Assembly (NCBI GenBank): GCA_030427805.1
Contig: JAUICP010000003.1
Location: forward strand, 131,758 to 195,757
Length of the DNA stretch: 64,000 nt
Direction: 5' to 3'
From: Bdellovibrionia bacterium
GTDB lineage: Bacteria; Bdellovibrionota; Bdellovibrionia; Bdellovibrionales; JAGQZY01
Both the position numbers and the translations under genes were made by a program. Shown here one piece after another: positions 1 to 8,916 of the stretch. Every line of letters starts with the position of its first letter. The first letter of the stretch is position 1. The notes below the pieces were generated by a model. The model did no database searches, was not told the DNA's origin, and saw only the letters and a program-made list of their open reading frames with translations.

Positions 1-834
1 GTAAAGACCACCATCATCACCCTTAAACAATGTCCCATAGCTCGTCAGTGAACCGGCATCAGAACCCGCTGTCGGCTCAGTTAAAGCAAAACATGGAATC
101 TCTTCACCCGTGGCGAGGCGAGGTAAATACTTCTTCTTTTGCTCTTCAGTTCCATAATGAGCGAGAAGTTCCGCTGGTCCCAACGAGTTGGGAACCATCA
201 CGTTAATCCCAAGTGGCGTTGATCGACCGGTTAGTTTTTGAATAACCGCCGAGTGACCCAGAGCTGAAAAGCCCAGGCCTCCATATTCTTTAGGGATAAT
301 CATCCCCAAAAACTTTTCCTTTTTAATATAATCCCAAACTTCTTGGGGAAGACTTCGATTTTCGTAGATCTCCCAATCGTCGGCCATGGCACAAAGCTTT
401 TCACATTGGTTATCGATAAAAGCTTGTTCATCTGCGGATAGGTCGGGATAGTTTGTTCTTTTGTTAATATCTTTGAAATTTGGTTTACCTGAAAAAAGAT
501 CTTTCTCTACCCAAACAACACCGGCGTCAAGTGCCGTTCTTTCTGTTTCTGAAATCTTAGGTATGATCCCCAAAGCTTTCATAACTTTCATAACGATCGT
601 CGAAATAAGTATCGTTCGCAAAGGTTTGATAATGAAAATTAAAGATATGGCAACAAAAGCAATGGTCAATGGCATCGGAGCGCCTAATCCCAGTAATATT
701 CCTGTTACTACAGCCGTCCACAAAAAATATGGAGCTCCTAAAAAACCAAGTGCCAAAATAGCGATCGCGGAACCAATGAGCCAGTACACAGAAAAGTCTG
801 ACCAAAAGAATCCATTTATTGCTGAAAAGTCCAC
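1..834 (-). CDS. fadE: Acyl-CoA dehydrogenase, FadE-type, N-terminal part (3' end runs off the window start)
   Basis: Absent from the ORF track because it is open at the window edge. My minus-strand translation starts at GTG 834; an in-frame TAA at 844-846 bounds the start. It gives two TM-like segments (LIGSAIAILALGFLGAPYFLWTAVVTGILLGLGAPMPLTIAFVAISLIFII), then PKISETERTALDAGVVWVEKDLFSGKP...MIIPKEYGGLGFSA...NSLGPAELLAHYGTEEQKKKYLPRLATGEEIPCFALTEPTAGSDAGS. From memory this is collinear with E. coli FadE. Confidence 0.85.
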   Translation of the reverse strand, partial: MDFSAINGFFWSDFSVYWLIGSAIAILALGFLGAPYFLWTAVVTGILLGLGAPMPLTIAFVAISLIFIIKPLRTILISTIVMKVMKALGIIPKISETERTALDAGVVWVEKDLFSGKPNFKDINKRTNYPDLSADEQAFIDNQCEKLCAMADDWEIYENRSLPQEVWDYIKKEKFLGMIIPKEYGGLGFSALGHSAVIQKLTGRSTPLGINVMVPNSLGPAELLAHYGTEEQKKKYLPRLATGEEIPCFALTEPTAGSDAGSLTSYGTLFKGDDGGLY

Positions 835-1004
835 GTTCCCTCCTTATAACTGTCGGGCTTTCAAACACAACTCTAAGGATAAGTTTAATTCCATCTGAAC
901 CTCTATCCTTCTAAATTCATTGTCATTTTTCCGCAAATAGTGACAAAATGTAAGCCAAAAAATATTAAAACTGTGTGTATTTAAGGATTTGGGGGATCTG
1001 TCTC

Positions 1005-1391
1005 ATGGCAACTATCGAAGTGGTTTGTGCTCTTTTGAAGCGACAGGATCTCTACCTTTTTGCCCTTCGGCCCCAAGGAAAACATCTTGCGGACCATTGG
1101 GAATTTCCTGGTGGCAAGGTCGAAGAAGGCGAAAGCCAAGAACAGGCCCTGGTTCGAGAGATCAAAGAAGAATTGGGGATTGAGATCAAGTCCCCACGTT
1201 TTTTAACATCGGTCGAACACAGTGACTCCAAAATTGCCATCAACCTCTCAGCCTACCTCTGTGAAGATTTTTTCGGCGAACCCGAAAATCGAGAACATAA
1301 AAGTTTGCGCTGGACTGACCTTAAGTCGGCCCAAGATCTTCATCTTGGGCCGGCTGACCGTAAAATCCTTAATTATATCAGCACCTTATAG
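1005..1391 (+). CDS. mutT: Nudix hydrolase, MutT/NudG-like (8-oxo-dGTP diphosphatase family)
   Basis: Nudix box [27 protein letters not shown] at 1005 (MATIEVV) sits 8 nt after GGGGGA. The ORF track starts earlier, at 975. Confidence 0.8.
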   Translation: MATIEVVCALLKRQDLYLFALRPQGKHLADHWEFPGGKVEEGESQEQALVREIKEELGIEIKSPRFLTSVEHSDSKIAINLSAYLCEDFFGEPENREHKSLRWTDLKSAQDLHLGPADRKILNYISTL

Positions 1392-1595
1392 ATTAGGCTC
1401 TAGCTTAATTTTTAAGCACTGCGCCTTAGTTTTCGGTTTTTTGCGAGAGCGGAAGAATTTATGCGCTTTTGTGTCACCTATTAGTGAAACTAATGAGCCA
1501 CAATCCAAAAGAATAATTTTATTTTCTAGACCCCATAAGCTATTTCTATGGGTGTCCAAAACGTGAATAATTTTTTAATCACTAGGAAAGTTAAG

Positions 1596-1775
1596 ATGAA
1601 GAAGTTTTTGTTAATTCAAATTCTGATAATTGGACTCGGATCAAGCGCACTCGCTTTAACAGTCGTCCCCGAAGAACTGGAGCCAAGTGCACCTGAACCA
1701 ATTGAAGTTCCTGTTGTGGATCCCCTCCCATCAGGTCCTGAGAGCCCAATTATCCCACAGGATTGTGGAAACTAA
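1596..1775 (+). CDS. Small secreted Pro/Glu-rich hypothetical protein
   Basis: MKKFLLIQILIIGLGSSALA signal-like N-terminus. AGGAAAG lies upstream of ATG 1596. A strong terminator follows. Confidence 0.45.
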   Translation: MKKFLLIQILIIGLGSSALALTVVPEELEPSAPEPIEVPVVDPLPSGPESPIIPQDCGN

Positions 1776-1840
1776 ATCTTAGTTGATAGCGGACACCCCT
1801 CCGTACGTTATCAAGCACTAGTGTGAAAATTGTCCCAAAA

Positions 1841-1877
1841 AGCCTTCTAGGTCCCCTCCGAGAAGGCTTTTTTTTTG
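1841..1877. terminator. Bidirectional intrinsic terminator
   Basis: Hairpin AGCCTTCT-N12-AGAAGGCT (1841-1868). It is flanked by AAAA upstream and T9 downstream, so each strand gets a U-tract. It lies between convergent genes. Confidence 0.7.
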
Positions 1878-1883
1878 CCCTCA

Positions 1884-1964
1884 GGTAGAAGCTTCCTTTT
1901 GGTAGTGCACTCGCGTTAGTGTATTTCTTCGACGCATGAACGCTACCAAAAGGAAGCTTCTACC
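1884..1964. repeat. Perfect 22-bp inverted repeat with a 37-nt spacer
   Basis: GGTAGAAGCTTCCTTTTGGTAG (1884-1905) and its exact reverse complement CTACCAAAAGGAAGCTTCTACC (1943-1964). The right arm abuts the stop codon (1964-1966) of the minus-strand OMP gene. Confidence 0.85.
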
Positions 1965-3067
1965 TAAAGGTTGCCGACAGAGATTGAGAAGCCTTGGGCT
2001 GTGTTGTCGAAAGATTCGGCTTGATCGAAGGAAACACTTAAAATTGCCGGCCCTAAACGAACTTCAAGCCCCAATGTATAGTGAAAGCGCGATCGACCGC
2101 CGTAGAGCCGTGTGGGTTCTTGATAGGCCCCAACTCGACATAGAACTTCGGTCGATGATTTTTTCAAAAGCTGATATTCAAGGCCACCGTGATAGACCAC
2201 ACGCGATTCTTCGACGATGGGAATTTCTCCGGAATAAAGACTACTCCCTATGAGTACGGTATCATCAAGCTTCTCGACAAAATCGATATCAAAAGCCAGA
2301 AGCAACTTTTCTTTCGGTCGGTATGAGAACCCAAGATTCAATTGTGCCGGTCGCTTCATGTCCCTAAAAAAATCAAAACCCAAAGCTCCATTTTCGGATT
2401 CGTCGAAATCGTAATGCAGAGAAGGACGGTAAGAAAGACCAATAGAAATCTTCTTTCCTTGCAAGAAGAGTCCAGCAATCCAATTAAACTGTTGAACCTC
2501 TTCTTTTAAATCAATCGAAGCACCCGTATCTTTATAGGCGAGCTTTGCTTGGCTCATCTCACCAAGGAGACCAATAAAAAACTTATCCGTGACCTTAAAA
2601 CTCAAAGCCATTTGATAGGCTTCAATAAGAGTCTCGGTACTTTGAAAATCAAGCTCGAGATTCTGCGCGTAGGGAGCGGTATAAGCTAATCCCAAAGAGA
2701 ATTTTTTGAAGTTATAAACCCCTGCAAACAACATATACTCATAGGGGCGACTCAAATCGATTTGATCAATAAGTTCTGCTTCACGATTCACCACTCTATT
2801 TTGTGTTCCTCCGACAAGAAAGCGTTCATCCGATGAAGAGAGCCCAGCGGGATTTGAAGCGATTGCAAACACATCTCCGCCAACGCCGACACTGGCTCCA
2901 CCCATGGCCATAAATCGACTGGAGCCCTGGGGAAAAAGACTGTAAACACCATAGGCGCTACTCGATTGCGCCTGGCCACGAGAACTGAGTGTGAGTCCAA
3001 TTAATAAAACGACAAGCAACCACCCAGTGTTTAATGCACCTAGACAGCTGCCCTTTTGATTGCGCAA
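1964..3067 (-). CDS. Outer-membrane beta-barrel protein, FadL/OMPP1-like (tentative family)
   Basis: Signal peptide LLVVLLIGLTLSSRGQAQ. N-terminal RFMAMGGASVGVGGDVFAIASNPAGL motif typical of FadL/PorV-type barrels. Alternating amphipathic strands and an aromatic-rich C-terminus. Confidence 0.6.
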   Translation of the reverse strand: MRNQKGSCLGALNTGWLLVVLLIGLTLSSRGQAQSSSAYGVYSLFPQGSSRFMAMGGASVGVGGDVFAIASNPAGLSSSDERFLVGGTQNRVVNREAELIDQIDLSRPYEYMLFAGVYNFKKFSLGLAYTAPYAQNLELDFQSTETLIEAYQMALSFKVTDKFFIGLLGEMSQAKLAYKDTGASIDLKEEVQQFNWIAGLFLQGKKISIGLSYRPSLHYDFDESENGALGFDFFRDMKRPAQLNLGFSYRPKEKLLLAFDIDFVEKLDDTVLIGSSLYSGEIPIVEESRVVYHGGLEYQLLKKSSTEVLCRVGAYQEPTRLYGGRSRFHYTLGLEVRLGPAILSVSFDQAESFDNTAQGFSISVGNL

Positions 3068-3120
3068 GATTAAATCCCCCTCACCTTGACCTGGTCCCTA
3101 GAAAATGTAGCCTTATAGCC

Positions 3121-3651
3121 ATGAGAATTGCCTTCGTCCTACTCATTCTATTTGCTTCACCGGCCCAGGCCAACTCTCTTTTTGTAGAACCCTATGTAGG
3201 AATAGCCAAGCTCGAAGTCAGGCAAGATCTTTTAGTCGATGTTGCCGATGGTTTTTTCTTGGGAGCAAAAGCTGGCTATCGATTCAAACATTTCTTTTTT
3301 GGCGGCGATTACCAAACAGGGGGGCCCTTTAAATTTGGCGCTCCCCTTGAACAAGCTGAATGGGATCAGAAGATGCTCGGCTTTGGAATTGGCGCTGATT
3401 ATAAAGTGGCTCGATTTTGGTTTGGTTACTACCTCGATGGTGAGTTCTCGGACAGCATTAACAATTATAAAATCGAAACCCAATCCTATAAAATTGGCGT
3501 TGCTCTGTTTGTATCCAAGCATATTCGAGCGAGCCTCGATTTCATTTTTTACGATGTAAAAAAATACGAAAGCTTCGGTATTGAGCTGACGAATCCAGGA
3601 TTTTCTATGGAGTCGGCCCACGTATCACTTTCACTTCCTTTTGGGATTTAG
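3121..3651 (+). CDS. Small outer-membrane beta-barrel protein (OmpA-like barrel / porin family)
   Basis: MRIAFVLLILFASPAQA signal peptide from ATG 3121. Repeated G-x-aromatic strands (GYRFKHFFFGGDY, GIGADYKV, WFGYY). Terminal SLSLPFGI. Confidence 0.55.
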   Translation: MRIAFVLLILFASPAQANSLFVEPYVGIAKLEVRQDLLVDVADGFFLGAKAGYRFKHFFFGGDYQTGGPFKFGAPLEQAEWDQKMLGFGIGADYKVARFWFGYYLDGEFSDSINNYKIETQSYKIGVALFVSKHIRASLDFIFYDVKKYESFGIELTNPGFSMESAHVSLSLPFGI

Positions 3652-3653
3652 CA

Positions 3654-4745
3654 ATGGCCCACAAACTCTATCGAACAATCCTATTACCTCTTTGCCTTCT
3701 CACCCTTTGGCTTCCGATCGGCGAAGGAATTCCGAGTGATGCCAATGAGTCTTTGTCGCAAATCAAGGATCAAGCTTTTAAAACCTTTGTTGAGAAGTTC
3801 ACACAAGACTATGCCAGCATCGATTTTGTCGGTGCTCGGGACAAAAGAATTCACGGCCTTAGATATGGTGATGGTCAGGGACAAAAAGGGAGTTTAGTTA
3901 TCGCTCCCGGTCGAACTGAGTCCTCCATGAAATACGCAGAATTAGCTCGGGATCTGATGCAAAGAGGTTACTCTCCCATTTATGTTATCGATCATCGCGG
4001 CCAAGGGTTTTCGGACCACGATGGGCAACTACGGGAGCGCCAGTTTGTCTACGAGTTTAATGATTACGTTGAGGACTTTAAAAAATTTGTCGACTTGGCC
4101 GTGGCTGACCCTCAGGTCAACAAAGAGAAGCTGTTTTTAATCTCCCACTCAATGGGCGCAGCCATTGCCATGATTTATTTGCAAGCTCACACTTCGCCGT
4201 TTCAAAAAATCGTGTATTCAGCTCCCATGTTTAAAATCGCGGCAAAGGGACGCAACGAAACTCGAATTCTTTGGGAAACTTGGCTGGCCTGCAGTTTATC
4301 TTTTTTGAAATATATCGGCCTTCCCAATTGCAATTCCTATGTACCCGGTGGAGGCCCCTACAATCCTGAAACTGACTTGTTTAAGGACAATATCGTGACC
4401 CAAGATAAAAGTCGTTACCAGTGGCGGAAGCGCATTTGGAATGAGGTTCCCGGTCATTACCACGGCGGGCCGAGCGTTGCGTGGGTCCATCAGTCGGTTC
4501 GGGCCACTAAAGAAATGCGCGAACCGAAGAATATGGCTCGTCTCGAGAAAAAGCCGACCTTGGTCCTTGCCTCTGCTCTCGATCAATTTGTGGACTGGAA
4601 AGAAGCTATTAAAATTGCGGAGCAAAGAGATGAGTTTCAGTATGAAGTGTTTAAAGAGGCTAAACACGAACTCTTCATGGAGAAAAATGAGATTCGCGAA
4701 AAGGCTCTGAATCGCATCTATAGCTTTCTCGAATCGAGCCCTTAG
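3654..4745 (+). CDS. Alpha/beta hydrolase, lysophospholipase L2 (PldB)-like
   Basis: Signal-like N-terminus, HRGQGFS oxyanion region, nucleophile elbow SHSMGAA, C-terminal KHELF His region. Confidence 0.75.
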   Translation: MAHKLYRTILLPLCLLTLWLPIGEGIPSDANESLSQIKDQAFKTFVEKFTQDYASIDFVGARDKRIHGLRYGDGQGQKGSLVIAPGRTESSMKYAELARDLMQRGYSPIYVIDHRGQGFSDHDGQLRERQFVYEFNDYVEDFKKFVDLAVADPQVNKEKLFLISHSMGAAIAMIYLQAHTSPFQKIVYSAPMFKIAAKGRNETRILWETWLACSLSFLKYIGLPNCNSYVPGGGPYNPETDLFKDNIVTQDKSRYQWRKRIWNEVPGHYHGGPSVAWVHQSVRATKEMREPKNMARLEKKPTLVLASALDQFVDWKEAIKIAEQRDEFQYEVFKEAKHELFMEKNEIREKALNRIYSFLESSP

Positions 4746-4838
4746 AAGTCCTTGTAATTAATCGTTTACATTGGGGCTTTCAGCTAGAATCTCTGCAGCC
4801 AATGGTTAAAAATGCCGAAAACACTATGGGGGATTCCT

Positions 4839-5801
4839 ATGAGTGAAGCGGCAAAAAAACTGAAGTTATCGAATAAAAATACGGACCAAAATAAGGAATT
4901 AGTTCAGCTTTTTTTAAGGAAAGCGAGCGAAGTCATTCTCGATAAGGAGGAACAGATAAAGCAAGTTCTTTGCTGCCTCTTAGCCAATGGCCACATTCTG
5001 ATCGAAGACATGCCGGGCATGGGAAAAACGACTCTCGTAAAAACTTTTGCGGGCCTGCTCGGGCTTAACGAAACTCGAATCCAATTCACCAATGACCTTC
5101 TCCCCGCCGATTTACTGGGAAGCTCTATTTACGATCCCCAAGAAAAAGAATTTAACTTTCACGCTGGCCCCCTATTCTCCCAGCTCATCTTGGCCGACGA
5201 ACTCAACCGCGCAACACCGAAAACTCAGAGCGCCTGTCTCCAAGCCATGGAAGAACGACAGGTTAGCGTCGACGGAGTGACTCGTTCTTTGCCGAACCCA
5301 TTCTTTGTCATTGCGACCCAAAACCCAAGACAAACCATTGGAACTTATCCTCTCCCCGAATCTCAACTCGACCGGTTTTTAATGAAAATTCACTTGGGCT
5401 TTCCTGGACGTGATGCCGAAAAGAAACTTCTCCTTGGTGAAGACCGAAGTGAACTCATAAAAAATATAGAAGCCGTTCTTAATAGTGAACATCTCGAAGC
5501 CATTCAGAAAGAAATTGAACTCGTTCATACTTCGGACCCTATCATTGAATACATCCAAGACCTTCTTGTCCAGTCTCGTTCCGTGGCCGCAGGGCTTTCC
5601 CCCCGAGCAGCTCTCCAGTGGTTAAAGGCGGCAAAAGCCTGGGCCTATATCGAAGGCCGAAACTACGTCATCCCTGAAGATATTCAATCCGTGGGGGTTG
5701 CTGTTATGAACCATCGACTTTCGAACAATGACCACAGTTTCGGAAAAGACGGCGAGAGTCTTGCCCGGGAAATTATTGAGAGTGTTGCGGTTCGGATATG
5801 A
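4839..5801 (+). CDS. MoxR-family AAA+ ATPase
   Basis: Walker A DMPGMGKTTL, RIQFTNDLLPADLLG, Walker B LILADELNRATPKTQSACLQAMEE, FFVIATQNP. ATG 4839 is preceded by GGGGGA; the track start is 4812. Confidence 0.9.
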   Translation: MSEAAKKLKLSNKNTDQNKELVQLFLRKASEVILDKEEQIKQVLCCLLANGHILIEDMPGMGKTTLVKTFAGLLGLNETRIQFTNDLLPADLLGSSIYDPQEKEFNFHAGPLFSQLILADELNRATPKTQSACLQAMEERQVSVDGVTRSLPNPFFVIATQNPRQTIGTYPLPESQLDRFLMKIHLGFPGRDAEKKLLLGEDRSELIKNIEAVLNSEHLEAIQKEIELVHTSDPIIEYIQDLLVQSRSVAAGLSPRAALQWLKAAKAWAYIEGRNYVIPEDIQSVGVAVMNHRLSNNDHSFGKDGESLAREIIESVAVRI

Positions 5802-6727
5802 GATCCCTGATCAAAGACTTGCCCCTTGCGCGCAAAAAGATTTATATCATTCCAACTCGCTTTGGTATTGTCTTTATAGCCGGCCTCTTTACGATGCTTT
5901 TAACAGCCGCGGCCTACGCCAATAACCTCGTCTATCTTCTCACGTTTTTACTGACAGCTATCTTACTCATCGGCATGGCAGAAACCCACAATAACATTAG
6001 AGCAGTCTCAATCCATCGAGTTGAAGTCGAGCCAGCCGAAGAAGATGACTTTGTCACTTTAAAGGTATGGCTTAAGAATCATGGTGACCAACCCAAGTTT
6101 TCAGTTTTTGTCGGGCTCCAAGGAAAAGCTTTTAAAAAATACAACGGCATGACTCAACTCATTTCACAAAAAAGTTTATCCAGCGTTTGTTTTAAATTTC
6201 CGGCGAATAAACCCGGAGTTTATACTCTCCCTAAATTGAAAATATTTACGATTTTTCCACTGGGCCTTTTTTACGCCTGGCGATTACAACATCAAGAACA
6301 ATCCTACTTTGTTTACCCCAAACCACAAGGGCAACAACGTCTTCCAGAGAAGTCCATGGGACTCGGAGAAGACCAAGGCATGCAAAATCGCGGTGGCGAT
6401 GATTTTAGAGGCCACGAAAAGTACATTCCCGGTGAGAACCAAAGGCACATCGACTGGAAGGCCTATGCCAGGGGACGTCCCCTGCTCTTAAAAAAGTTTG
6501 ATTTTGGTGACCCCAGAGTCTTTGAATTAGGCCTCGAAAAAATTCAAGCTCTCAAAACAGAGGACCGCCTTCGTCAGTTAAGTCAGTGGGTTTGGGAATG
6601 CCACAAAAACCAAGATATCTATTCTCTCGACTTAGCAGGATCGAGTTGCGATGCCGGCAACGGAGGTCATCACCTGAGAAATTGCCTGAAACTTTTGGCC
6701 GAACACGATGTTTGGAAGGCCTCATGA
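5798..6727 (+). CDS. DUF58-domain protein (MoxR-associated)
   Basis: Two N-terminal TM helices. DUF58 signature GGDDFRGHEKYIPGENQRHIDWKAYARG. 4-nt overlap with the moxR stop. Confidence 0.85.
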   Translation: MRSLIKDLPLARKKIYIIPTRFGIVFIAGLFTMLLTAAAYANNLVYLLTFLLTAILLIGMAETHNNIRAVSIHRVEVEPAEEDDFVTLKVWLKNHGDQPKFSVFVGLQGKAFKKYNGMTQLISQKSLSSVCFKFPANKPGVYTLPKLKIFTIFPLGLFYAWRLQHQEQSYFVYPKPQGQQRLPEKSMGLGEDQGMQNRGGDDFRGHEKYIPGENQRHIDWKAYARGRPLLLKKFDFGDPRVFELGLEKIQALKTEDRLRQLSQWVWECHKNQDIYSLDLAGSSCDAGNGGHHLRNCLKLLAEHDVWKAS

Positions 6728-8760
6728 CAGAAGGACGCGTCAACGAAAACATTAGATATTGGACACTGGCCCTCATTGCCTTCCACTTTCTTCTTTACAT
6801 ATTGGATATCCCAGTTTGGGTGGCCGTGGCCAGTTTCTCAGCACTCTTTTATCGAGTCCTCGTCGAAAAACAGATCCTAAAACTTCCAGGACTCAGTATT
6901 AAACTTCCACTCGTCATTTTCTCAGTGGTTGGGGTTGTCATTGAATACAGAACGATACTTGGTCAAGAACCGGCCACAAGCTTACTCATTCTCGCAGTCA
7001 GCTTAAAAGTTCTTGAGTCGGTACGCTACAGAGATGTTCTCATCAGTCTTCTCCTTTGTTATTACTTACTTGTCGGAAAGCTTCTTCTCGTACAAAGCTT
7101 CGTCATGACCCTCCTCTTGCTCGTTGATGTTATGCTCGTGAGTTTTGTTATACTTCAACTTCATCAATTTAAGAGTTCCGACCGCTCACTTATAGACATG
7201 ATTAAACCGATTAGTATTATGGTCTTAAAGGCCCTTCCCTTTTTGCTATTTCTCTTTTTCTTCTTTCCGCGTTTTTCTACGGGATTTTTTAAGCTCCAAG
7301 TTCCTCCTCCACCGGGATCGGGCTTTAGCAGTAAACTCGATCCCGGGGACCTATCGAGTCTTGCCCTCAGTGACCGCGTCGCCTTTCGAGTCAAATTTCT
7401 TCAGGGCAACCCGCCGCCAATAGGTTCACTTTACTGGCGCGGCGGAATCCTTTGGAAGAACTCTGAAATGGTCTGGGAGAGAGAGGATCAAAAAAGATAC
7501 CCCAACACTGGATTAAAAAACCTTCTCGAGGCAGAGCCCCTCATTACGGAGGTTTCCCTGGAGCCTCAGTACGGACAATTCCTCTTCGCCCTTGATCGCC
7601 CTTATAAAGTTCGTTTTAGTGATCCTAAAAAATCCTCTCGTCTTCACTATCGAAGGGGAAACAGTTTTCAATTTCCGGTGAATCTCAGTCAAAGGGTTCT
7701 TTTTAATGTTGAATCCCACTTCGCCACCCGAGACTACCCCCTGAGCGAAGAAGAGCGCGAACTCTTTTTGCAGGTCCCTGGACCACCAAGTCCTCGTATT
7801 CAAGAACTCCTCGACCGCTGGATGAAGCAAAGTGAGTTCCCTCTGCAACGATCACAATTTATTACTCGTTTTTTTAAAACCCAAGGGTTCCGCTACACAC
7901 TTCAGCCCGGAAAAATGACACAAAAAACGGTGGATGAATTTCTTTTTACAAAGAAAGTTGGTTTCTGCGAGCACTATGCTGCGGCCCACGCTAGCCTGCT
8001 ACGGTGGATGGGAATTCCATCTCGAGTCGTGATTGGCTTCCAAGGTGGACAATTTAACGCCATCGACAACTACTACGTGGTGTCCGATAAAGATGCCCAT
8101 GCTTGGACTGAATTCTGGGACGAAAAACAACAAACCTGGATTCGACAAGATCCTACAGCCGGTGTTGCGCCACTGCGCCTGGCCGTGGGCGGACGGGCCT
8201 TCTTTCAAGTTTCTGAAGACCAACGCAACCGACTGACATCAGCTGATGACTTTTTAAATCTACAAAACAGCGGTCTCATTGGATACTTGAGCCAAGCCAA
8301 GCTTTACTTCGATGCCGCTGCCCATCGCTGGAATCTCTTTCTTCTCAAGTATGACTTTAACTACCAAAAGAAGCTTCTCGCCTCAATCGGTATTGGCAAT
8401 ATGAACCGATGGATTCTCTTTCTTCTTTCAGTATTCCTTGCAGGACTCTTCTACTTTCTCTGGAAAAAGCGATTTTATCGCGAACTTTGGGGACGCTCTA
8501 AGGTCGAAAAAATATACGCTTCGACCTGTCAGTTTTTAGCTCGACAGAACTCCACTCGATTGGGATATGAGGGCCCCCAGTCCTATAAGAAGAGACTTCT
8601 GATGGATTTCCCAGGCGCAAAAAACGAAATTCAAACCTTCTTTGATACCTATACCGAGATCCGTTTTGCGAAATCAACCGCAAAAATTGACCTTCTTCAG
8701 GGAGCCGCCGTGAAACTCCGCAAGCAAATTCGGCGACATGGCAAATTACCGGCCTCCTAA
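6724..8760 (+). CDS. Transglutaminase-domain membrane protein (TgpA-like)
   Basis: Multi-TM N-terminus. Transglutaminase core GFCEHYAAAHASLLRWMGIPSRVV...DAHAWTEFW (Cys-His-Asp). ATG 6724 overlaps the DUF58 stop (ATGA). Confidence 0.85.
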   Translation: MTEGRVNENIRYWTLALIAFHFLLYILDIPVWVAVASFSALFYRVLVEKQILKLPGLSIKLPLVIFSVVGVVIEYRTILGQEPATSLLILAVSLKVLESVRYRDVLISLLLCYYLLVGKLLLVQSFVMTLLLLVDVMLVSFVILQLHQFKSSDRSLIDMIKPISIMVLKALPFLLFLFFFFPRFSTGFFKLQVPPPPGSGFSSKLDPGDLSSLALSDRVAFRVKFLQGNPPPIGSLYWRGGILWKNSEMVWEREDQKRYPNTGLKNLLEAEPLITEVSLEPQYGQFLFALDRPYKVRFSDPKKSSRLHYRRGNSFQFPVNLSQRVLFNVESHFATRDYPLSEEERELFLQVPGPPSPRIQELLDRWMKQSEFPLQRSQFITRFFKTQGFRYTLQPGKMTQKTVDEFLFTKKVGFCEHYAAAHASLLRWMGIPSRVVIGFQGGQFNAIDNYYVVSDKDAHAWTEFWDEKQQTWIRQDPTAGVAPLRLAVGGRAFFQVSEDQRNRLTSADDFLNLQNSGLIGYLSQAKLYFDAAAHRWNLFLLKYDFNYQKKLLASIGIGNMNRWILFLLSVFLAGLFYFLWKKRFYRELWGRSKVEKIYASTCQFLARQNSTRLGYEGPQSYKKRLLMDFPGAKNEIQTFFDTYTEIRFAKSTAKIDLLQGAAVKLRKQIRRHGKLPAS

Positions 8761-8916
8761 GAACCAAATACTAGTCATTCAAATTCATTCCACCCACAAC
8801 ACCAGTAATAAGAAGTGGCACTTCCTTCGCAATTAGAGCTACGAATCTACGAAAGAATACACTTGTAGAAGAACAAAATCATTGTTCGTTGGCCATCGCA
8901 GAAGAAGGGTGCACTC

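Noticed and set aside
461-898. Track ORFs 461-898(+) and 557-868(-) as genes.
   Set aside because: Both overlap the much better supported FadE-type reading frame on the minus strand (frame ending at 834). Neither has a recognisable motif. I treat them as shadow ORFs.
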